The translations under genes and the position numbers were made by a program. The notes under the pieces were generated by a model. The model was not told where the DNA came from. It saw only the letters and a list, made by a program, of their open reading frames with translations, and did no database searches. DNA of 35,115 bases from a bacterium (GTDB lineage: Bacteria > Patescibacteriota > Patescibacteriia > UBA9934): positions 1 to 35,115 of the forward strand of contig DAORIP010000001.1 in assembly GCA_035438565.1 (NCBI GenBank). The letters are read 5' to 3'. Positions 25,031 through 32,400 of the stretch are shown in pieces. Every line of letters begins with the position of its first letter. Within the stretch, counting starts at the first letter, position 1.

Positions 25031-25642
25031 ATGGATTACGCCTCACTCAAAAACCATGACACACTTCAAGCCACAGCCGCAGCTCTCGAAGGTCGCAACA
25101 TTCATACCCAAATCGTGAACTCAAAGGCTGAGGCCATGGCCACGATTAAAGCGCTCATTCCAGACGGAGCAGAAGTCACCACAGGAAGCTCTACAACCCT
25201 AGACCAAATCGGTTTTGTTGATCTTCTCAAATCTGGAGATCATCCTTGGAAAAATCTTAAGGAGGCCATTGTTGCAGAAACGGACACCGCTAAACAGGCG
25301 GAACTACGCCGCCAGAGCTCACTCGCAGAATACTTCCTTGGAAGTGTCCACGCTATCACTGAAGACGGCGTCGTCGTAATTGCATCTGCCTCCGGAAGCC
25401 AACTGGCGCCATACGCATTTACAAGCCAAAACGTTATTTGGGTAGTTGGTGCGCAAAAAATTGTGCCAAACCTCGACGAAGCCATGAAACGCGTTCGCGA
25501 ATACGTCTTCCCGCTTGAAGATGCACGCATGAAATCAACCGGAGCTCCTGGAAGTGTGTTTGGAAAATGGCTAATCTTTGAGCGCGAGGTTATGCCTCGC
25601 AAGATCCACCTTATCCTCGTCAACGAGGCACTTGGGTTCTAA
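25031..25642 (+). CDS. LUD-domain (lactate utilisation B/C-like, YkgG-type) protein
   Basis: 203 aa. The pattern ...AMATIKALIPDGAEVTTGSSTTLDQIG...LGSVHAITEDGVVVIASASGSQL...IWVVGAQKIVPNLDEAMKRV is typical of LUD domains. Confidence 0.7.
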   Translation: MDYASLKNHDTLQATAAALEGRNIHTQIVNSKAEAMATIKALIPDGAEVTTGSSTTLDQIGFVDLLKSGDHPWKNLKEAIVAETDTAKQAELRRQSSLAEYFLGSVHAITEDGVVVIASASGSQLAPYAFTSQNVIWVVGAQKIVPNLDEAMKRVREYVFPLEDARMKSTGAPGSVFGKWLIFEREVMPRKIHLILVNEALGF

Positions 25643-25684
25643 AAGCGGTATACTAACTCTATTCACTTCTTAAACTGAAGTTTT

Positions 25685-25840
25685 ATGCGAGGTCGCTTTG
25701 GGAGACGTGGCGTTGTAGTTAGACCAGTCATGATGGCGCCTATGGGAAGGCGTCGACGCAGAATTGGCCCCCTTGGCCTTATCCCGGTACTCATCGCCCT
25801 CGGCGTACTTGCCTATTTCATCATGAAAAACATGAGTTAA
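25685..25840 (+). CDS. Possible 51-aa Arg-rich tail-anchored peptide
   Basis: My translation is MRGRFGRRGVVVRPVMMAPMGRRRRRIGPLGLIPVLIALGVLAYFIMKNMS. A TATACT hexamer at 25649-25654 lies upstream, and a terminator follows directly after the stop. Confidence 0.35.
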   Translation: MRGRFGRRGVVVRPVMMAPMGRRRRRIGPLGLIPVLIALGVLAYFIMKNMS

Positions 25841-25872
25841 TATATACGACCCACCGAGGTGGGTCGTATATA
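25841..25872. terminator. Bidirectional hairpin terminator between convergent genes
   Basis: 14-bp perfect stem TATATACGACCCAC (25841-25854) / GTGGGTCGTATATA (25859-25872). Confidence 0.7.
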
Positions 25873-25873
25873 T

Positions 25874-26869
25874 TTATAAGCCCTCTGGTGTACTCGCAAA
25901 ATGAAAGGTTGCGTACACTCTGTAGGTAGAGGCATCTGTACGTTCAAAGTAGAACCCTGCTCCTGCCCGATTCCAATCAGCATCTACCACATTTTGGAAG
26001 TGCATACCGTTGTATGACTCCTCGGCCATAAACATCGTCATGGCCTGAGTTAAAATCTGTTCCATACCCTGCTCCCCGTCCTGGACATATACAAGTGCCA
26101 GATTCTCTCCAAAGTCGTTCGCTGGATACTGGAAACCTTGAACCCAGGCTAAAAGACTTTCTCCGTAAGGACGTGTATGGGTAAAGACATCGCGCTCGCC
26201 CATGTAAGCCGACCAATTTGCTGAGGTGTCAAGCAATACTTGATCAGATGTGAGCAGGTTGAGACCACGCGATGCCCGTTCAGCATTCAAAAGCGCCAAC
26301 CAATCCGCATTCAACTGAATAGGATCAAAACTCGAAGGCAACTCACCGTCTTGATACTGACTCGGCGATATCGTCTCGTCCCGTACACCAAGCACTGTAG
26401 GCGTATAAGCAAGATCACCAACGGTGATTGTAGCTAAATCTGCATCAGTAATACCAAGGCTATGCAAGCGCATAACCGCATAAGCCGCCTCACCGTTCTC
26501 TAAATAGTAAATCTGTCCGCCGGGATGGATATAGTAAGCCTCGCCGTGCATCTCGACCCGTAAAATAATCCTCCCCCGAAGTCGTTCAGAGAGTTCCTCA
26601 TCACCCGCTTGTAAACGCGCATAATCAACCTCTGAAATTCCCAGACCAAACGTGCGCATCATCTCATACGCCGTCGCTCCATCCTTCATGTAGTACCGAA
26701 AGTTCGAAAGTGGCTCAACATACCATGCCTCCCCATGAGCTTCTACCTGCAAAAGAATATATCCCTCAGTCCGATCTTTTACTGTAGCACCAAAAACCGG
26801 TGATCCTGAAATTCCAAATCCGCACACAAGCATCAAACACAGAGCACTTAGGCTTTGCTTAGGCTTCAT
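25874..26869 (-). CDS. Secreted CAP/SCP/PR1-like domain protein with two N-terminal GEAWY-type repeats
   Basis: A signal peptide is present. A tandem ~54-aa repeat spans 26426-26773: GYILLQVEAHGEAWYVEP...YYMKDGATAYEMMRTFGLGISEVDYARL and GRIILRVEMHGEAYYIHP...YYLENGEAAYAVMRLHSLGITDADLATI. The C-terminal CAP strings are LLNAERASRGLNLL...WSAYM...HT. Confidence 0.85.
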   Translation of the reverse strand: MKPKQSLSALCLMLVCGFGISGSPVFGATVKDRTEGYILLQVEAHGEAWYVEPLSNFRYYMKDGATAYEMMRTFGLGISEVDYARLQAGDEELSERLRGRIILRVEMHGEAYYIHPGGQIYYLENGEAAYAVMRLHSLGITDADLATITVGDLAYTPTVLGVRDETISPSQYQDGELPSSFDPIQLNADWLALLNAERASRGLNLLTSDQVLLDTSANWSAYMGERDVFTHTRPYGESLLAWVQGFQYPANDFGENLALVYVQDGEQGMEQILTQAMTMFMAEESYNGMHFQNVVDADWNRAGAGFYFERTDASTYRVYATFHFASTPEGL

Positions 26870-26929
26870 AGTGAAGCTATGGTAACAAAACCTTACCCCC
26901 GTCGCAAATATCGTCAGACACTTAAGCTT

Positions 26930-26938
26930 TGCTATACT
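26930..26938 (+). promoter_or_regulatory. Extended -10 promoter element
   Basis: TGCTATACT, with TCGTCA 16 nt upstream as a weak -35. It ends 7 nt before the GTG at 26946 and 16 nt before the ATG at 26955. Confidence 0.35.
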
Positions 26939-26954
26939 ATAGACAGTGTCACCT

Positions 26955-27428
26955 ATGTTGGGCTATCGGCGCTTCACTAACGACAAACTACGCATCTTCC
27001 TTGGCTTAGGAGCCTTGTTCGTAACGACGGCGTTCATTGTCATTGGCGTACAAAAACACGCTGCTCAAAATCAGGATGCAAAACGGCTCGCAGATATTCG
27101 CAGTCTTTTAAACGCAGCCAAAAACCAACAAGTAGACAATGGGGGGAATTATTTGGAAAATATCAAAAATACTGCCCCGGGAGTTCTTTATCTCATAGGT
27201 ACATCCTCAGAGGACTGCGTTCGGTCTTGTATAGGCCTCCAGACCAATTCAGCCTGTCTTGATCTCTCTGCCTTGAGCAGTACCGGCTACCTGCAGGAAA
27301 TTCCATTCGATCCTGCGCACGGTGACCCTCGTCAAACAGGTTATTATCTCATCCGCAAAGCAACCGGGGAATTAGAAATTGGAGCCTGTCAATCGAGTAG
27401 TGAACAAATACTTTCTGTCTCCCGCTAG
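26955..27428 (+). CDS. Pilin/pseudopilin-like protein with a non-canonical N-terminus
   Basis: After one hydrophobic helix comes QNQDAKRLADIRSLLNAAKNQQVDNGGNYL, and at the C-terminus ACLDLSALSSTGYLQEIPFDPAHGD...GYYLI...GELEIGAC; both resemble type IV pilin globular domains. No G/FTLIE prepilin cleavage motif is present. The track start at 26946 is a GTG. Confidence 0.5.
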   Translation: MLGYRRFTNDKLRIFLGLGALFVTTAFIVIGVQKHAAQNQDAKRLADIRSLLNAAKNQQVDNGGNYLENIKNTAPGVLYLIGTSSEDCVRSCIGLQTNSACLDLSALSSTGYLQEIPFDPAHGDPRQTGYYLIRKATGELEIGACQSSSEQILSVSR

Positions 27429-27433
27429 ATTGC

Positions 27434-28759
27434 ATGAAAGCCTCTAAGTCAACAACTCGTAACTGCAAAAACCCCCTCTCTAGGCGTTTTCTTCAGGCAC
27501 TCAAAAACCATTTCATCCCCCACACTGGTAATAATCATGTACCGCATGTTTTGCATCACCGAGCACTGTTTGGCTACAGCATCATCTTAATCGCCTTAAA
27601 GGTACTCGTTGTTGCGGCTGGCATTACACTCCCTGGCTACAGCCTATTTTCAAGCGCAATAACACCTGCAAACATTATCTCACTCACCAATGAAACTCGA
27701 AGCAGCCTAGAGCTCCCTGCACTCACCACCGACCCTAAACTCATGCAGGCGGCCCAAGCAAAAGCCGAAGACATGTTCTTGAATGGCTATTTTGCTCATA
27801 CAAGCCCCTCAGGAGTCACCCCCTGGTATTGGTTTAAAACCTACGGATACGACTATCGCTCGGCCGGGGAGAATCTTGCCGCTCATTTTACCGAAGCAGA
27901 GGATGTTGAGGCAGGTTGGATGGCAAGTCCTACACACCGAGACAACATTGTAAGCGACCGCTACACAGAAATTGGTGTAGGAGTAGCCCAAGGCGTGTAT
28001 GACGGCTATCAAACAACATTCGTGGTACAGATGTTCGGCTATGAACTAGGACAAGAGGAGGGACAAATCGAACCTTCACCAACAACTCCGATAAAGGCAC
28101 CGGCCGCAGAGTCGTCTCTCCCCGTACCATCCACCCCAAGCGTCGCGATTGTTGAACCCGTTACTTCTGAAATTCTCAGTCTTCCAGAGCTAGGCACTGA
28201 TGAATTAACAGCATCTGCGGAAGTTCTTGGCGTTTCACCAACACCAGACCCCGACACACTAAATATCGATTTGACTAGCCTGGTCGTAAGCCCGATTCAG
28301 AATGGCTACTCCGTTGAAATCCACATGGACAATGCGAGTCAAGCCGTGCTCTACATGGGTAGCACTCACGTTCCATTTGTAAACACTGACTCCTCAGGAC
28401 TCTGGAAAAGCGTTGTGATGTACAATCCCGCCACCATAAGTAGCTCAGGAGAACAACTCTACATGGTTGCCGGTGGCATCAATGGCGATCAACAAACCCA
28501 AGACCTTGCCTGGATCATGCCTGGCGCCAAAGCTCCAGAAGTGTATGCCTTCAGAGCCCCTGAAAGCCCCAAACTCCTTGGCGTCATGGACGTATCAAAT
28601 GTTGATGATATCGTGCATCAAGTCTACATTTTCACCCTCATCTTCCTTGGTGCGGCACTCTGTGTTGGGGTACTTGTAAAAATCGAAGTGCAAAAACCGA
28701 CCATGATTGCACACAGCCTTGCAGTGATCGTGCTTACCCTTCTTCTTACCGTCACCTAA
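27434..28759 (+). CDS. Membrane-anchored CAP/SCP-domain protein (YkwD-like) with a Pro/Ser/Thr-rich linker and C-terminal TM helices
   Basis: N-terminal TM helix, then the CAP strings LTNETRSSLELPALTTDPKLMQAAQAKAEDM...YFAHTSPSG...ENLA...GWMASPTHRDNI...YTEIGVGVA. Two C-terminal hydrophobic helices follow. Confidence 0.85.
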   Translation: MKASKSTTRNCKNPLSRRFLQALKNHFIPHTGNNHVPHVLHHRALFGYSIILIALKVLVVAAGITLPGYSLFSSAITPANIISLTNETRSSLELPALTTDPKLMQAAQAKAEDMFLNGYFAHTSPSGVTPWYWFKTYGYDYRSAGENLAAHFTEAEDVEAGWMASPTHRDNIVSDRYTEIGVGVAQGVYDGYQTTFVVQMFGYELGQEEGQIEPSPTTPIKAPAAESSLPVPSTPSVAIVEPVTSEILSLPELGTDELTASAEVLGVSPTPDPDTLNIDLTSLVVSPIQNGYSVEIHMDNASQAVLYMGSTHVPFVNTDSSGLWKSVVMYNPATISSSGEQLYMVAGGINGDQQTQDLAWIMPGAKAPEVYAFRAPESPKLLGVMDVSNVDDIVHQVYIFTLIFLGAALCVGVLVKIEVQKPTMIAHSLAVIVLTLLLTVT

Positions 28760-29349
28760 TCCTGAATCCGTTCAGCGACTACAATGTACCGCTGAAGTGC
28801 GGTACCAAGCGGATATGACGTTTGCAACGTAAGTAAGTACTTTTGATTATTTTGTTGGTCTAACACACTTACATCACGCGGACCTACTACCTTGGTTTCA
28901 AGCACTGCGTATCGGAAGATGTCACCGTTGGCATTCGTGATTTGTATTTCTGTACCAATTTCAATCTGCGGCAATTTTGCAAACACGGTCTTATACTCCC
29001 CCGGTGACCAGATATAGTCACTGGAATGTCCGAAAATATACACATTACCTAATTCACCCGGCAACGCTGTCCCTGGAAAATGCACCACACCCTTACGTAA
29101 CGCTTCCTGATACACCGACTCAGACTTCTCTCCTACATACTGAATTGGCGCCTCAATGCCCAAATCAGCAATAAGCAAACGGTTAGGAACGCCATTTTCT
29201 TCAGCTTCAGAAACCTCTGGGTCAACGTCAGCATCGTCCACAATAGGCTTTACCGAATCCAGACGAGCATGAAGATAAGGGTAGGCTAAAATACCCACCG
29301 CGACCAAAAAGATACCGCCAAAGAGCACATACCGAGTCGATTGTCGCAT
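28756..29349 (-). CDS. Sortase-family protein with Ser in place of the catalytic Cys
   Basis: N-terminal TM anchor, a His motif NVYIFGHSS, the motif LLTLQTSYP where sortases have TLxTC, and an Arg motif LQRYIVVAE. The track start at 29397 is a TTG upstream of a hairpin, so I prefer the ATG at 29349. It lies directly downstream of an LPRTG protein. Confidence 0.8.
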   Translation of the reverse strand: MRQSTRYVLFGGIFLVAVGILAYPYLHARLDSVKPIVDDADVDPEVSEAEENGVPNRLLIADLGIEAPIQYVGEKSESVYQEALRKGVVHFPGTALPGELGNVYIFGHSSDYIWSPGEYKTVFAKLPQIEIGTEIQITNANGDIFRYAVLETKVVGPRDVSVLDQQNNQKYLLTLQTSYPLGTALQRYIVVAERIQD

Positions 29350-29356
29350 AGAAGTA

Positions 29357-29390
29357 AGAAAATACCGGCACGTAATGGCCGGTATTTTCT
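29357..29390 (-). terminator. Hairpin (terminator or attenuator) between the LPRTG gene and the sortase gene
   Basis: 13-bp perfect stem AGAAAATACCGGC (29357-29369) / GCCGGTATTTTCT (29378-29390). On the minus strand the T-run lies inside the 3' arm, so termination may be only partial. Confidence 0.5.
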
Positions 29391-29403
29391 CAAACAAGAA
29401 TAT

Positions 29404-32400
29404 TTACTCAGCTTTCCGACGTCGTGAGACAAAGGCAAGGACCGAACCAAGAGCCAAGACGCCCGCCACCGGTACACCAGTACGTGGGAGCTCATCTGTT
29501 ACTCCTGCCACGATTGGATCTGGAGTAATCTCTTCGCTGCCACCCACGCCAGTTCCATCATTGGTAATGTTCTCATCCGATTCTCCAAGCACTTCTGGGT
29601 CAGGACGATCACCACTCGTATCATTGTCATTGCCATCTCCGCCGTTGCCGTTGTCACCTCCATTGCCACCATCTCCGCCGTTGTTGCCGCTACCGCCACC
29701 ATTATTGCCGCTTGATCCGCCACCTGATGGACCACCGACAAAACGGTTGGTGATGGTACAGAGAGCGTCTTCGTCCGAGGCGATATTGCCGGTAGCGTTC
29801 TGAGCAAAGAGGCCGGTGCAGTCACCAGAGAACGTCGTTTCGTAACCCGTACGTGGCTCAACGAAAATATCGTAATCTCCTGGAGCCATCGGGAGAACGT
29901 CGCCATCGTGATACGCAGTAACATTTCCACCATTCATGAAAATATTGAATCCGCTTGCTGGAGCATCGCCTCCGTCTACAATCACATCGAAGGTTAGGCT
30001 GCCTTCAATCTCAGAACCGCCGCGCTCAACGTTTGTCACAATACAGTCGTACTGGATGCCAGCCACTGCCACACCCTCACAATCCCCTTCGAACTGCGCG
30101 CTATAACCGTCTACAGTAGGCTCAGTGACTTCAAATGCACCTTCCTCGAGCGTCACCACCGTCCCAAGCTCCTCACCCGGGAAGCTCACCGTTTCATACA
30201 CATGTACACCGCGATCAATTGAGACATTTTGACCGGTAACGTCAAGCATGAAATCCGACGGGATCGCATCCCCACCGTTATTCACAACAATCTTGTGGAC
30301 AGTAAGCGTAGCAGTTGCAGGCTCGTCATCCTGACAACGTGGCGAAGCAAAGTCAGCTTGATCCGTTGAACGAGATTCATTAGCAGAGACAACCGTCCAT
30401 ACAAGCGGAATGTCTCCAGGGAATGAAACCTGGAAAGCATCAGGCACACTTCCGACAGCAAAAGATGAAGGTTGACCATGGTTACCATCACCAGTAAATC
30501 CACCACCTGTAATGCGGTTATCAATCGTTCCAGCTTGAACAAATACGCTACCCGCATTTGTATTTACGTAGCCAAAATGGGCCATCAAGTAACCGTTACC
30601 GATATCCTCCACGCATGCAAGCACCGGAGTAACAGGTTCGGTAATTCTCACTACCTCAACATCATTCAACGTGACGGTACATGTCAGGTGAGCGCCCACA
30701 GACATCACCCCGCCACAGTCCGGATCCGATGTATCGGCAACATACCCAAACATGTTACCAACAAGCAATGCAGTATAGGCGCCTACAACTGGAGCAGTCA
30801 GCCCAGTTTCATCTCCTGGAACGCTCTGCGTGGCGAGTGTATCGATGAGATTGAAGTAATAATCAGAAGCCTGAGCCGTGCCCGCGTCGTCATTTGTCAC
30901 GTTCAAGACCAGAGTGAGGAATCCTTGGTTCGATGGCGCATCGCCACAAGACACACTTACGTTATCAACGAAAGATCCGAGGGAATCCGCCGTAGCGCCG
31001 CGGTCAGCAAAGGCTAACATCGCAGTCTCGCCCGAAGCAGTCACCGTAAAGACGTGCTGGCTCCAATCTGTATTTCCGTGAATGTCAGTGGTTGCCGTAA
31101 TTGTTCCAAGTGAATCCCCTTCCCAGAAAACCTCTACAGCGTTATTTGCAGCAACCGTCTCTGGTCGAGCTGAGAAATCAAAGCTCAAGGTGTACTCAAC
31201 CCCAGGAACAGTATCGAGTTCCTGTGAAATGATATTTGGTTCATCGCCATCTAGTTCAATAAACTGGTTACCGTTTGATGGTGTCCAGCCAGCATAGCCA
31301 GCCTGAACTTCTAAACCAGATGAAGCAGAATCATCAAGTCCGAGCACGCGCCAAAATAAATCGACAGTGCCATCCACGAAATTATCCCAGGTTCCGCCAC
31401 GGGAAGCATTAGGATCAACAACAGGAGACTCAAAACTGCCGTTTTGCACTAATTCGCCACCAACGCACTGACCGGGATTTACAACAACCGTGGCCGGCTG
31501 AGCGCCAAAACGTAACCGAAGCTGATGCTGACTTTCCGCCAACTCAACCTCGTAGCAATACTGACCGGACGAATTTGGATCAGCAACTGAACTTACATTC
31601 GTACTTGCAGATAGCACTGGGTCAACAAAACCGATCGAAGGTGACGTCTGTTCCCAAACGTTTGGATCCAATCCCTGAACACACACATAATATGTGCCGG
31701 CTTCCAAATCTCGGAAACGATACTGACCCTTCACTACTGGACCGGAATCAGCTGTAGCCACACCGGAGTCCATGGTTTTTACCATTGTAAAAGCACCATC
31801 ATACAAAGTAACGTCAACATTATTGACACGGTACGGCAGACTTGGATGACCCTCGTCATACGTACCGTTACCGTTCATATCCTTATAAAGGACGCCTTGA
31901 AGCAAACCATCTGCAGCATCTACCGGCAGCGGAGCGTAAGTATTTGTAATCGTACAGGTCAACGTATCGCCCAACCCGAGTGTGGCGTTCAGACACTCAT
32001 CAGGAATGTCGGCAACGTAATCTTGAGCCTCTGGAGCCACTGACGACTCGTCAAGACTGAAAGAGCCTGGATTGATGGTGATTACCGTTCCCGTCTCAGA
32101 GCCTGGGAAAGTTGCCAGACTTGGATTCGTGGCAGTGACGTTCATGTCAAAATCAGAAGCCACAAGCGGACCGCCACCAACAACGTGTTTGATTACGGTA
32201 ACCTCTGGAGCAATGTCGTCATTTGTGATGGTACACACAACATCATGACCGTCCTCCAAAACAATCACCGGGCTCGTAGTCACGACATTACCATCAACGC
32301 AGGAATACGTGACATCGTACCACTCATCTACAGAATTCGTGTTTGGGAAGTTGTTGTAATGGTTATTTGCCCACGCCTCTGACAAAGTGAACGTGCCAGG

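Noticed and set aside
28816-28818. Alternative genetic code or recoding as the explanation for the missing sortase Cys
   Set aside because: The codon is an ordinary TCA Ser. TGA clearly acts as a stop elsewhere (16379-16381, 18732-18734, 20809-20811), so a UGA-reassigned code is not supported.
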